64,000 nucleotides of DNA from Lama guanicoe. Lineage: Eukaryota. The notes under the pieces were generated by a model that saw only the letters and a program-made list of their open reading frames with translations, was not told where the DNA came from and did no database searches. The stretch is from the NCBI GenBank assembly GCA_013239625.1, contig MU054400.1, positions 3,969,802 to 4,033,801 on the forward strand, written 5' to 3'. The position numbers were made by a program, and so were the translations under genes. Positions 50,201 through 63,223 of the stretch are shown here, piece after piece (position 1 is the stretch's first letter; the number at the start of each line of letters is the position of its first letter).

Positions 50201-50885
50201 TATATACCTGTGTGTGCATGTGTATACAGGCGTGGGTGCTCATATGTACAAATACCTGATGTATTTGTATACGCATGGATATAGTGTGTAGGTCTGAATT
50301 ATTCTTATCTCCTAGTCGTTTTATGTGAACTGTGACAATAAGGAGGGCCTAAAATAGGGGAGAAAAATTTGAGTGTATGATTTAAATTCCAAAAGGATCC
50401 TGAATTAGCGGGAGGTACGTGTCTGACTTCATTTGTGGTGAGAAGACTCGGAGGGTGAAGTACTTGTGGCCTGAGGATTGTCTCTAGTTTTTCTTTTTCT
50501 TTTTTTTTTCACTCCTTTTAAAGTTCAGTTTGTTTTTCAAAACCACATTCCGTGACATCCAGATTTTTAAAGATGACACGTTTACCTGTGAAAAAGGTAT
50601 TGTTAACAGTCAGTCAGAAGCATCAGAAGAGGCACCTAAGCCTCTGCCTCCGGTGTGCTTCAAGCCGCCTGCCATCCTGCTCGGCCTCCCACCCCTCAGA
50701 AAGACAGCGGTTAACATTCCAGAACTATTTGAGGAAGCACTTATTTTTTTGTAAATGAACTCAGTTTCTCCCTCTCCATCGCCGCCTTTTTCCCCCAGTT
50801 AGAATTGAACTGTTACTGGGTGGGATGTGCCGTCCGTGCTTGTCTGCGGGGCTTGGGTGGAGTGTGAGCAGCTGGGAGTCAGGAA

Positions 50886-50900
50886 CCACCAGGGGGCGCT
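50886..50900 (+). promoter_or_regulatory. CTCF binding motif (perfect core)
   Basis: CCACCAGGGGGCGCT is identical to the CTCF consensus core. Confidence 0.75.
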
Positions 50901-51554
50901 CCCCCCGGGGAGGGGCTGGTCTGACCCACCTTAAGATGGTCTCTGTCTGGCCTTGACTGTGTGCACCCAGACTCGTGGAAGGACACCAGTGCTTGTGGAG
51001 GAGGCCAGTGCCTTCAGTGAGACTCCTGGAAGACAGGCTAGAGTTCCCAGTTCCTCTCTCCTGGTCAGGCTCCAGAGCAGACGCCGAGTCAAGGTAGACT
51101 TACTGCAGTGGGCAGGGGGCACCGGGCAGTCCAACCTGGAGAGAGCCGCTGCAGTTAGAGGGGCGTCTCAGAAAAGGAAAAAGCTCACAGGATCCCGTAA
51201 ACTCTACTCTGCTGTGTGGTGGTGGTTTTGTTTGTTTGTTTTTGACAAACCTCAAAGGGCTTCTCTTTCTTTGCTTCTCCTCACTTGAAACATGGCTTAA
51301 TAGTACATTTTATTTATGGATTTCTTCCTATGCTTAAAAAAAAAGGAATTGCAGTGCTTACTGAGATGTCAAAAGAGAAGAAAGTAAATAAAACAGAAGA
51401 AGAACTCGGGGCAAATGGGAAGTAGAAGGAAGACCAAGTTGAGACTCAGTGTGCAGATGCACAGAGTCAGTGCATCTGGCTCCAAGTTGCCTTTGGTTCT
51501 TTAGCTCTTCCCCTTGGGCTTCCCTGAATTGCATCCCATGCAGGGTTCAGAGGT

Positions 51555-51831
51555 GTTCACAGAGCTGCTTGGTCCAGAGAGGCCTCTGCTCCCTCCTGCA
51601 CGTCCTCTCTCTTCCCCGACTGCTGCTCCCATGCAGAGGATCCAGCAGAGGACTCTGAGGCCCCCGGGAATGATGAAGTCACAAAAAGAAAGGGCCTGGG
51701 TCCCTGCGTTACTATGCGGAAGAGAGCCACCCACTGACTAGGGACACCTGTTGGAACTTCATACGAATGAGAAATAAACTTGTGTTGTTTGGCATTGTTC
51801 ATTGAAGCAGTTAGATTGCCTGATCAATGCA
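51555..51831 (+). mobile_element. MaLR LTR fragment (MLT1J-like)
   Basis: aaagaaagggcctgggtccctgcgttactatgcggaagagagccacc...atgagaaataaacttgtgttgtt. Confidence 0.7.
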
Positions 51832-52356
51832 CTTTGCCCTGTACTCCGAGCAGCCTTGAGAACCTTCAGGAGCTTGAGAGACAGTCTTGTTGGCTGTGAG
51901 CCCCAACGCTGGTGATCTTGGGATCTTGGAATCTTGGACCTGCCCGTGGAGCCCTTCTTTGCCCGGTGTCCTGGCTCGTGCCATGGGCCCTCTTAAGACA
52001 GATATGTGGTTCCGTCACTGAGGTTTCCCTTGGTCTCTGATTATTGTTTGGTTCTTGTGGCTGCTCATTTTCTGCCTATCTAGAAGCGGAGAATGACTTT
52101 TTTCCTCAAGTAACCAGAGCTTTTGCGCCAGCAGTAGGTAGTTAGATTACCAAGTGGCAACTTTTGGCCAAGGGTTTCCCTTCCCAGCACATTTCTGACA
52201 TATTACTTCCCATGTTGTTCCAGAGATCACTACTTTAACACAAGGTGTCAACAGATGGGTGGGGAGGAAAAAGGGCTTGGGGGGAAAAATTGGATTAGAG
52301 GAAAATCAGTATTTGTTTAATTCAGGACTAAGCAGAGCTTTTAATGTTCTGGTGAA

Positions 52357-52578
52357 AGAGTCAGCAAACTTCAGCCCATAGATCAGATCTGACCTGCCAC
52401 CTGTTTTTGTAAATAAAGCTTTATTGGGACATAGCCACACCCATTTATTTGCATATTCTCTGTGGCTAGTTTACCCAGAAATGGCAGGGGTGGGCAGCCA
52501 CAGTAGAGGCCAGAAGGCCCACAAAGCAGAAAATATTTACTGTTTGGCCCTTTAGAGAAAAAAATGTGCCAACCCCTG
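52357..52578 (+). mobile_element. MER58A-like hAT-Charlie element, apparently inserted in an older Charlie/MER103-like remnant
   Basis: gtcagcaaact...ctgtttttgtaaataaagctttattgggacatagccacaccc...ggccctttagagaaaaaaatgtgccaacccctg. Confidence 0.85.
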
Positions 52579-54109
52579 CTTGTGTGTCTCCAGCAAAAGG
52601 AACACACATGGGTTCACCCTTGTGGGTTCATACTTACGCGACCACAAGTTTCTTTTTCCCTTGGACCACCTATTAACCTCTTGAGAATTGTAGGTGTTCT
52701 TGGAAAATGTCCTCCAAGGGTCTGAAGGCCTCCAAATTACCCTTCATCTCTACGTCCTGGGCCAAACGCAGACCCATTCCTAATTGCCCACAAGCCAGCC
52801 GCCCAGCTTCTCCCACAGAGAATGTCTTTTCCAACTTCTCAGTCCCAGGAGTCAGGGTTTGCCTCGTTCTCCTCTTAATGACTCTGAGACGGAGATTCTG
52901 CCTCCCATTTTTCTCTAAGAGCCTCAAATGGCAACAATCTGCAGGCAGGCAGGCCGGCCCCTGCCCTCACTTCCCAAAGACAGGAGGGTGCCGGGGCCAG
53001 ACAGAGACGCCCAGGCTGCCCACCGCCTGCCCACCGCCTGCAACCCTCCTGCTCAGCCAGCTGGCGGGCCTTGTATGGACACCCAGACCGGCCTCCCGCC
53101 TCCAGGAAGGCTCACTCCCACCCCGGGGCAACCCTAGGTGTGCAAATAGCTCAGGGAAGGATCATTTTAAATCGCCTTTAAAGCCTGATTTGTAAATAAT
53201 CTAAGACCAAAGACAGAGCAAGTTAAATATTTATTTGAAGATTATGTCTCTAAGGAGGGATTGTTGAAAATTAGTGAGTACTTTGCCACCCTAGCTTTCC
53301 CCTCCCCTGCTGGAGGGCATATTATTTTTACGGCTGTGTTTGACAGCCAGAACAAGCCTCTGTAGATTTAGTGGTTGTTTGGAGTGGCATTTATGTGTTT
53401 GAATGAGCTGCGCAAACAGGAGGGAGGGAAGGAGGGGTGCTTAATTAACTCTGTGAGCTCTTCTAACACGTCCACACTCTCGCTGGGGAAACGCCGGTAA
53501 AAGAACCATTCACAGGTTTTTACAAAAGAAACCCTTCCCTTAACGTGGCAGGCCTGGAAAGCCCAGCAGATCGGCGCTCCTACCATTGTAGATTCAGAAT
53601 CTTCAGAGTTAGAGTCTTCCTTCTGAGCAGAGAAGATCTATGGCCATAACTTCCCCGATGAGAAAACCAGCAGCCTGGCCAGTCCCTGAGATAATACCAG
53701 CTGCTCCTTCCCCGGATGTTCCCTCATCACCCGCTAGTGCTGGGCCGTGGGTGTGTACATATGTGTAGACACACACGTGCATGTCCATGTGTCAGCCTGC
53801 TCTCTGAACTACGCCCAGAGAGGTGTTGGAAAAGTTGGTATCTTTTAACATGAACAGATTGGTAGTGAAAAACACGCTTCAGGGAAAGCAACACTGAAAC
53901 TCTTGCTCCATCAGTACGTTGGTTTCCCCGCCTACAGCACGTTCCTCTCCCAGGAAACTGCATCAGAAAGTAGACTGGGCTGGGAGGGTGGGCTCCTGAG
54001 CTCTCATCCTATTTTCCCCAGTGATTAGCTGTGAACTTGTGGGAAGTGCCTCGTCTCTCTGGGCCTCCTCATCTTTGAAATGTTGATTAAATAAAACGTT
54101 GGATTAAGT

Positions 54110-54320
54110 CAGTGTTCCCCACCCTTGCATGGTCTTATGATCTTAAGCATCGCCTCGAGGTTCTGATTCAGTAGATCTGAATTAAGACCTGAGAATCTGT
54201 GCCTTTTCTTTTTAGTCTTTTTTTTTTTTCAGTGGTTTAAGTGCATTTGATTCATTTTCTTCTGTTATTCTCATAAAAGCCCAGGTGATGCTTAAGACCA
54301 GAACTGCTTGGAAAACACTG
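54110..54320. mobile_element. MER5-like hAT element
   Basis: cagtgttccc...ttctgattcagtagatctga...tgagaatctg...ccaggtgatg...ggaaaacactg. Confidence 0.6.
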
Positions 54321-54809
54321 TATTAGATGACCTTTGATGTCACCCTGGATATGACATTTTATAATCTTTATCTTTCCAGAAGCTTTTTAGCTTCTTTCAA
54401 TGAATATCTCTAGAAAAGCATTAAAAAGCACTGATGATCAGATTTTTTTTTTAAAGAAGAGAAAGAGAGAAGTGTGAGAAAAAGGCCATACACAAATATC
54501 TTACAATCATGGGTGCCCTGCAGCTCCGTGATGATCTCTTTGAATTGGGTAGCAGGGACATAATGGGTGCAGAGTCCCTCAGTGGTAAATGGCACTAGTG
54601 GGACGAGGCCACTCTATTGTGTTGGGGCCTGAGGACGGTGGGGAGCTCCAGCAGTGGGGACTGTGGGGCAGGGCCATCCAGCCAGCTTTTGCACTTGGAG
54701 GCTGCTGGGCACCATTTCGTGGAGGCCCGCAGCGAGAGGTGGGCCTGCAGGCACCTTTTCTGTCCCTGACCTGCCGTGCACACCCTCCCCTGGTTTCCCC
54801 AGCCCTGGT

Positions 54810-55250
54810 TTGCTGCTGCCTATGGCATCTGCTCTCCTTCCATCTCTCCCCAAGGCACCATCACACCTGCTCTTTCCTCTGCCCCAGGACACCCATTCTA
54901 GCTCAGCAGCCCATCCGCACCAGGCGAGAAGAATGAGAGGATCCCTCCTTGTTGTGCACACGGTGTCTGCGATGCCTCATTCTCTGCTGAACAGCATCTT
55001 GCTCCGTGTCCAGCTCCTGCGAGGTGCCTCAAGTGTTTGGAGGCACTGATGGCCCCTCCTTCACGCCTTGTCCCTTTAGCCTCAGGGAAGGTGTCATCTT
55101 TCTAGTGTTCTCATTTCTAGCTGGTCTTCACCTCTCCTGTTTGGCTTCTCAGCGCTTCCATCATCTCTGTGTTAATTCTCTGCATTAAATTCCCTTTGTC
55201 TAAGAGACCTGGACACATTTCTGTTTTCTGTACTTGACCCTGATTAGCCC
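54810..55250 (+). mobile_element. ERVL solo LTR (LTR33-like)
   Basis: 3' part ccttgtccctttagcctcaggg...gcattaaattccctttgtctaagagacct...tttctgttttctg...accctga resembles LTR33. Confidence 0.65.
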
Positions 55251-55279
55251 AAGTCTCAAGGTAGGTCTCTAGGCTTAAT

Positions 55280-56100
55280 TTCTCTAGTGAGATTCAAAGT
55301 CATGTGTTCAATGGCAGCACCTGACAAGTGACTGGCTGAAATGCTATCATCTCCTACTTAGGGGGTCCCAAGTTCAGGATGTCGGCCCTCCCAATTCCCT
55401 TCCTCTTCTGGTATTTGTGGTGTACTTGGTCTATAATCATCTGGGCTCAGATTTTAACACTGTCTACAACTCTTCCCTCTACCTCACTCCTCACATTCAA
55501 CACATGGCCAGTCCTCTAGAGGACAGTTCCTGTGTGTGTCCATATCCACACCCTTATACATATTCCCACTGCCCTGCTGTAGGCCATTGTCCTACAATGT
55601 CCCTCTTGCTGCAGAGGGGTCCGCTGGCCCCTAGCCGTTGGCACCTCCCCATCTCCAACCCACGCGTATGCTCCTGGAGTGACATTACTTAAGCAATTCC
55701 GTTCCACTCATCACAGACAACATAAAGGTCCAGCCCATCATAATGGATGAGCTCTCCTGTCACCTAACCCACTGAAGCAGCCTCCTCTCGCTCACCATTT
55801 CTCAGGTGTACCTTGCATTTCTTGCATTCACTCCATCCCCGCCTCTCAGAATGCCCTTTCTTCTTCTTCCTACCTATCTCCAAGCCTTGGTTTGATGCCA
55901 GCTCCCACCTAAAGCTCTCCTAACCCTCCTATCTGGACCTACTCTCTCCTTCCTCGTTGCACCCCTGCGTTTCTTTGTTCAACTCCTTTGCCTCTTATTG
56001 CTTCCTGCCTCACAGGGCAGCAACACTGCTGAGGTCCCCCCAGATGGGAAGTCTTTTGGATGAGGTGCTTGTTCATATTCACAGCTCCTAGCAAGCGTGG
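55280..56100 (+). mobile_element. Diverged L2 fragment
   Basis: Pyrimidine-rich L2-like tract (tcttccctctacctcactcctcacattcaa...gcattcactccatccccgcctctcagaatgccctt). Confidence 0.5.
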
Positions 56101-56414
56101 ACTCTCACTGGAGACTGGGTGGAAGCCACGTTGCCGTCACTCTGCAGTGACATGCACCCTGCAGTACACTGGACTGTGAACTTCAGCGATCCCTTCACAT
56201 CTCTCTCTCTACATTTAAAGCTGTCTATTTTCTCCATCAGTTACATCGCTATTTTTCTTGGAATTACCACTTGCTTCTCTTTTTAACTCAGTCTTCTAAA
56301 CATAATGAATGATTTATTGGACCAGTTTTGCCGTAAGTTTATTTATTTATTGTCTGTCACACGTACATGTTAAGTTACTTACGTAGTGAATTTTATTTAG
56401 TGCACTTAAGGAGG

Positions 56415-56540
56415 GATTCTCTTTATTTTACAGATGAGAAAAAAACCCTAAAGCTCATAGAGATGAAGGAATTTTACCGACAGCACACAGCTGGTAAGTA
56501 CCAAGCCAGGATCTAAATGACTTAAAACCCTACATTAGAA
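56415..56540 (-). mobile_element. MIR fragment
   Basis: tttttacagatgagaaa...cacacagctggtaagtaccaagccaggat. Confidence 0.65.
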
Positions 56541-56599
56541 AAGGGAGAGGTTCTGTACTTCCAGCCAGGGAGAGAATGATCACCTGATGAGAAATGGTA

Positions 56600-56811
56600 T
56601 CATTTTTGCATCCACAGAGCAGAGGGCAGCTCCCACCTCTTGTTGGCTCACAGCCCTGAAACTGCCCTCTGTCTCGGATTTCCCTGGACACTGGTGAGAT
56701 TGCCCACTTTGCATCCTTCCTACCCTGGCTCCCTCCATAGTAACACAGGTTACCTCTGACTTCAGTCTAGTTCCCTCACCAGGCACAGTGGACCCCCTCC
56801 GGATCCTTACA
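56600..56811 (-). mobile_element. Possible ancient LTR 5' fragment (LTR79-like)
   Basis: Minus strand starts tgtaaggatccggagggggtccactgtgcctggtgagggaactaga. Confidence 0.4.
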
Positions 56812-59126
56812 TGGGCACACTCATCCTGTCCTCCAAGCTCAGCAATTGAAGAGCAGTTTGTCCTTATAAGAGGCTTGGAGAATCTGTCAACCTTGGTCTC
56901 CAGGAGATGGATCGGACCATTCGGAACGGTGCTGGGCTCCGCACTGTCACAGGGCGTGAGATGAGCAGTGGAATCCCCAGCCCGGCCACAGAGGGTCCAC
57001 GCAGGATCCAGGCAGGATGGGGCTGTTGGGAATTCTTTCCTGGGTCTTTCTTGCCTGCCAACTTGGTTGACCTTTTAGGGCCTGGTGAAAGGTATAGCTT
57101 TAGGCTTTTGGATTCTCTTGTTTCTTTCCCCTTTGATGTTTCTTTTCGGAGAGACTCAGCTTCTTCATCCACTGCAAGAGCCCACAGGCACTGAAGCCTG
57201 GGTGCCTAGAGGCGCCGGGCTCATCACCAGGAATGCTGTGAGTGTAAAAGTGCCAACGCAGTAACAATGACGAGGTGACTCTCCTTTTTACCTCATTTTA
57301 GATAATCCTCACGGCCTTTTTCTTCTGTCTCAAGTTTCTGTGGCCTCATTTCCCCGCCACCCTGAGTCTGTCTTTCCTTTTGCTCTCTGCACATCTCTCT
57401 TCTCCCGTGGTCTTTTATCTCCTCTCTTCTTAGGCAAAAAGGACACAGCTTCTCAGTGTCTGCCTGTCAGACTTCTTGGCCCCAGGCTGGAAAAGCTGTG
57501 GAGTTCTCAGGCACCCCTGCAAGCCTGGCTCCAAGGATCCCCTGCACCTCACCCTCCTGGGCCACAGAGAGCAGCAAGGCACCTTCCAGGCACAGACCAG
57601 GTTGGACTGGATTCAGGAGCCTAATTACCACCAGAAAATTAAAGAAAGGTAATAATTGCTTTTAAACGCTTAACAAAGGCCGATCTCACCTCGCAGGTTG
57701 GTAAATTTGCAGTGAGAGCCGATTACAAGGGAGCACTTGTGCTGCCCCCTTTGTGTGTGATTTGCAAACGCGAATGCACACGCCCCGTATGCGTAATTGG
57801 GTCCTCGCGGTCTCCCCGTCAATGTGGCGATGCGGTCGAAGTTTATTTATCCAGGGCTCATTCAAAGAAAAGCTGAATGGAGCGAGAAGACCCCCACTTT
57901 GCGACGGGATTAGACACCGTGCAGTATTCCTCCCCTGCGCCCTTTCAAGGATTTTTTTTTTTTTTTGAGTTTCTAAATCTGCTTGGGAAGAAAAAGTAAA
58001 TTGCCAGAAGTGAGATTAGTGGGGAATATTGTTCTTAGGACAATGGTGTCTTTATGGCTTGACTGGTATGAGCTCCCCGCTTCAAAAAAATACAAGGGCT
58101 GGAGGTGTGGGGGTTCTTAATTGCCTACATCTGATCAACTGGTAGCCAAAAAAGAAGACGAAAGAAAGAAATCTCATTCAGCTCTGATTTGGCCTGGATC
58201 AAATCCACTTGCTAATCAGAGTTTAATGAGGATGCCACTGGCCCTGTTGTATTTGCCAGCGCTCCCACTAAGGTCCCTGGCCTCTGCCTGTGCAGGAGAG
58301 CACCTTCGTCCCGCCGCCCCACGAAGCAGGATGTGGGCTGAGATGGAAGAGTCCTGGCCCGGAGAAGTTAATTAAGTTTAGGCCCTTGGCACTCCGAGTC
58401 ACCGGACCCCGCGGCAGGGAGCCTCACCCACCGCACAAAGAGCCCTACATGGGGCTCTGAATGACTGTCCCTGGCGGGGGGTGGCTGGGCTTCTGCGTGC
58501 CCCAATGCCAGCTCTTAACCCCCGGAACTGTGTCCCCTCCACTGCACAAACTGAATAGGCCGGCAGGGCCGCGCGGGCTGCCTCGGGTGCGGGAGGGTCC
58601 GGGAAGAACACGGGCCATCATCCAGTGTCGCTAACAGACGTGCCGATGCCAGAGCCTGCAGAAATCAGCAGACCTGTGAAGGCTCAGATGAAGGATGGAT
58701 TTCTTTTGAAGTTGTCTTCTCTTTGGGTTTAAAAAAAAAATTATAAGCAAAAATTTGACCTTAAGATGAGCAGGATACTGTCTTTTCTATTTGTAACTGT
58801 GTGTCCTGTAACCTCCAAGAAGGGACTGCAGACTCTGTGGTCTCCATGGGGATGCTGGACCTGAAACACACCCCAGGGTGCAGGGAGCCCCAGGGTCAAG
58901 GGAACACTCCCCCTTTGCTGCGTATTTGCACTGATGGCATGGAAAGGTGTGAGAGCTGCAGAAGGGACGAGAGGCTTGGAGGCGAACAGAGGTGGGTCTG
59001 AGTCCCAGGGCTGCCTGAATTCTCTGAGTATTTTACTGTGGGCTAAGGATTGAGATAACGTGGAAGCACTGCTTTGAGTGTCATCCTCAAGGTCACGGGG
59101 TAAGTGCGCTTGTGTTCCCTCTAGAC

Positions 59127-59300
59127 CTGTGGTTCTCAGAATCCAAACCTCATCAGAATCCCCTAAGGGGCTGGTGAGTGTGCCCCAGCCCCGGAGATTC
59201 TGATGCAGCAGGTCCCGGGTGGGACTGAGGATCTGCATTCCTTACAAGCTGCCGGGTGACGCTAATACTGCTGAACCGCAGGTCACACTTTGTGATGAAG
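59127..59300 (-). mobile_element. MER5A-like hAT element
   Basis: gtggttctca...catcagaatccc...gagattctgat...atctgcatt...tcacactttg. Confidence 0.8.
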
Positions 59301-59539
59301 TCTTAGCAGAGTGCTTAGGCAGTGGTTTCTTGACTGTTCTTCATTTTTTATTTTTTTATTACATCTGAAACCACCTGTCTTATCAGTCTTGTGGGTAGAA
59401 TGTGTTCTGCTAGGCCTGGTAACGCCTTGCCGAGGGCTTTTTCTTTTTCCTTCTGTGTCTCTTACTTGAACACCTTCTGTGTCCCAGGTATTGTGTGGAG
59501 CGCATTCCAGACGTCTGCCCATTGAATCCTGTCTTGTGC

Positions 59540-59915
59540 TCATCCAAAATTCCAAACATTTGCGAGGCCTCCTCACTCAGGTCCTAATAACCTTGGCTCA
59601 AAATGTCACCTTTTCCATGCGGACTTACCTGACCCCTCTTTTCAAAATCAAAGCCCCACCCCCTCCCTTAGCACGTCCTCTCCTCCTTTTCTGTGTCCCC
59701 TCCTTTTCTTTCCAGAAAGTGATTATCACTGTTGAACGTACTATGTAGTTCACCTGTCATCTGCACAGTCCCAGTACTTTGTAAGTTCTACAAAGGCAGG
59801 AATTTCTTTCTTCTTCCCTCCCTCCCTCCCTAGTTTGTAATGTTTACTACCATTTCTCTGGCGGTTTCAGCAGGGCCTGCCATTGTACATGCTCCACTAA
59901 AATGTATTTAAAAAA
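59540..59915 (+). mobile_element. L2a 3' fragment
   Basis: ggctcaaaatgtcaccttttcc...tgtaagttctacaaaggcagga...catgctccactaaaatgtattt. Confidence 0.65.
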
Positions 59916-59984
59916 TGGAAAAAACCCCAGAAAGTGAATCCTTCACTTTGTACATGAAAAGGTAAGGACAGGACAGATATTCTG

Positions 59985-62100
59985 TCAATTTATCAGTTTT
60001 TTTCTTTTATGACCCACGCTTTTGGCGTCAGGTCTTTGCCTAGCCCTACATCTTGAATGTTTTCTCCTAAGTTTTCTTCCCAAAGTTTTACAGTTTAACA
60101 TTTTACATTTAAGTCCTACATGCATTTTTGAGTTACATTTTGTATAAGGTGTAAACTTAGATTGAGGCTCATTTTTTTGGTCTGTGGATGTCCACTTCCT
60201 TCAGCATCGTTTGTCTGCCGGACTATCCTTCCACTGAATTCCTTTTCACCTTTGTCAGAAAGTTGAGTACATTTCTGTGTCTTTTTCGCGGTTCTCTATT
60301 CTGTTCCACTGAGTCCATCTTTCCACCAATACCACATAGTCTTGATTCATTTAGCTGCATAACAGACTTGAAATTGGGTTGCTGGATCTTTCTGCCTCAT
60401 TGTTGTTTTTCAAAATTGTTTAGCTATTCCAGTTCCTTTCGCATTTCCATATAAATTTTAGAATAATCTTGTCTTATCTGTAAGAACTCTTGTTGTATTT
60501 TGATAGGAATCCCATTAAATCTTTCTATCAACTTTTATCTTTACTAGGTGGAGCATTCCCGTCCATGTCCATAGGAGACATACCATGTATTTGAAATCTT
60601 TCACCAGTATTTTGAAATTTTTAGCCATCAAGTCCTGTACATGTTTTGTTAGATTTACCCTTAAGTATCCATTTTTTGAGATATTATAAGTTGTATTTTT
60701 AATTTTAGTTACCACATGCTTATTACAATCGTATGTCTATGCTCATGCTCATAGACATACGATTGCTTTTTGTATGTTGATCTTGTATCAAATGATCTTG
60801 CTGAATTCAGTAAGTAGTTTTAGGATATTTTGGGGGTAGATTTCTTGAAGCTTTCTCTGTAGATAATCAAATAATCTCCAAATAAAGGCAATTTTATTTC
60901 TTCCTTTCCAATCTATATGCCTTCTACTTACTTTTCTTGCCTTATTGTACTGGCTAGAACTTCCAGTACCATATTGAATGAGTGAAGAATGGACGTCCTT
61001 TTAAGGCATCATTGCCTGTTCTCAGTCTTAGGAAAAAAAAAAATTTAGTCTTTCACCTTTGAGTATAGTGTTAGCAGTAAGTTTGTTTGTTTGTTTGGTC
61101 GGTACTCTTTTGATCACATTGGGCATCTTTCTTTCTATTCCTGCTCATCTGAGACGTTTTATCGTGAATGGGTATTGGATTATGCCAAATGACTTTTTGG
61201 TATCAATTGATATAATCATGTGATGTTTTTTCTTCTTTAACCTGTTATTATGGTGGATCACGTTGATTTTCAAACATTGAAGGTATTTTTCATATCTAGA
61301 ATAAAGCCTGTGTGGTCATGGTATATTACTCTTTTTATGTATTGCTGAATTTTATTTACTGATATTTTGTTAAGAAGTTTTGCATCTATATTTATGGCAG
61401 ATATTGGTCTATCGTTTTCTTTTCTTTTCTTTCTTTCTTTCTTTTTTTCTAATCATGTCTTACTGTCCATGTCTGGTTTTGGTTTGGTTAGGGAAACACT
61501 AACTTCATGAAATGAATTGGGAAGTGTACTCTCCTCTTCTGTCTTCTGGAATAGATTCTGTAGAATTAATGTTAATTCTTTAAATGTTTGGAAGAATTTT
61601 CCAATGAAAACATCTAGACCTGGAGATCTTTTTGGGAGAATTTTAAAATTATAAATTCAATTTCTTAGTAGTTGTAGGACTATTCAAATTTTCCAATTAT
61701 CTGTTTCATGTTGCATGAACTCTAGATATTTGTGCTTTTTGAGAAATTGGTCCATATTCTCTAAATTGTCATATTTATATGTGTATTGTTATTTGTAGTA
61801 TTCCCCTGTTATCTTTTTGACGTCTGCAGGGTTTGTAGGATTATCCACTGTTTCATTCCTGGTATTGGTAATGTGTACCTTCTCTCTCTCTTTTGTTTTT
61901 TTTTTGTCAGTCTTGCTAGAGGTTGACCAATTTTTATTTTTCTTTTTGAAGAGCCAGTTTCCAATTCATTGAAATTCTCTATGTTCTGTGTCCTATTTTA
62001 TTTCCTTTGAGACTTTCTCTTTGATTCATGAATTTTAAAAAGAAAAGTTGTTATCATTTAGTTTTCAAGTCTTTGGAGATTAAAAGACTTTGTATTGGAT
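59985..62100 (-). mobile_element. Degenerate LINE-1 ORF2 region (L1MC/MD-like)
   Basis: ORF 60515-60715 (YLRVNLTKHVQDLMAKNFKIL) resembles the ORF2p segment YLGINLTKEVKDL; typical L1 antisense stretches such as ttttatttcttcctttccaat and cttattgtactggctagaacttccagtac. Confidence 0.88.
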
Positions 62101-62466
62101 TCTAAAATTCTTTCATGAAAAAAAATCTCATGTTCTCTAACACTGCTAACATAATATGGCCACAGCTGACCAAAAGTGGCAGATTTCTTGGATATAGGGA
62201 GGCTGTGCTGTGAGATTAGGTTGAAGTGCCATCTGATCAGGGCACAATTTGCCCTTGGATTTCCTTTCTTCTCAGGGAGGTGCCTTAGATCCTTGATTGC
62301 TACACTTTGGCCCAGACTTGCAGCAATGGCTGATGGGCCACCGATGACCATGTTTTTGTGGAGCCTGGAGAGTTTCCTCCTTTCAGTAATATCTTCACTG
62401 GAGATCATAGACAAAGTGCGAAACAAATTAAATGAGAATAAGCCATGTCAAAATGAAAGCTCTCTG

Positions 62467-63223
62467 GAAATTTAAGTGCATATTAATAAGTGAAAGAAGC
62501 CAATCTGAAAAGGTTACATATTTTATGATTCCAACTATATGACGGCCTGGAAAAGGGAAAACTATGGACACGGTAAAAAACAAAACAAAACAAAAAAACT
62601 ATGGACACAATCAATGGTTGCCAGGGTTAGGGGAAAGAGAGGGATGAATAGGCAGAGCACAGAGGAATTTTAGGGCAGTGAAACTATTCTGTATGATACT
62701 ATAATGGTGGACAAACATCACTGTACATTTGTTAAAATCCTTAGTATGTACAACACCAAGTGTGCCCATCAGGGTTTGAGTAGATAAACAAAATGCGGTG
62801 TATACACACAATGGAAGAGTATTTATTTTAGCCTTAAAAAAGCAAGGAAATTCTGACACATGCTACAACATGGATGGACCCTGAGGACATTATGCTAAGT
62901 GAAATAAGTCAGTCATAAAAAGACAAATACTGTAGGATTCCACTGGATACCGTAGTATCCAGAGTTGTTAAAATTCGGAGACAGAAAGTAGAATGATGCC
63001 TAGCGGGGGTTGGGAGAAGAGGGGAATCCGGAGTTATTCACTGGATATAGAGCGAAACAAGAGGCAAGATGAAAACTTCTGGAGGTTCATTGCATGACAA
63101 CGTGCATATACTTAACACTACTGAATTCTGTGCTTAAAAATGATTCAGTGGTAAATTCTATTTGTGTATCTTACCCTAATGAAAACTTTTAGAAAATTAA
63201 AAAGAAAATGAAAGAAACCAAAA
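62467..63223 (+). mobile_element. Composite LINE-1: L1MC-type 3'UTR piece (~62470-62760) joined to an L1MA/MB-type 3' end (~62761-63223)
   Basis: taagtgaaagaagccaatctgaaaagg...gtacaacaccaag, then tgtgcccatc...catgctacaacatggatggaccctgaggacattatgctaagtgaaataag...A-rich tail; bracketed by gaaagctctctg at 62455-62466 and 63224-63235. Confidence 0.8.

Noticed and set aside
56864..57172. Charged, protein-looking minus-strand ORF (DEEAESLRKETSKGKETRESK...) after a possible splice acceptor
   Set aside because: No recognisable homologue or partner exon; purine-rich DNA gives K/E/R-rich translations by chance. A tBLASTn or RNA-seq check would settle it
62276..62415. Candidate exon (ttcctttcttctcag acceptor, aaa|gtgcga donor)
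   Set aside because: Weak donor, unrecognised peptide, sandwiched between L1 fragments, no supporting neighbouring exons
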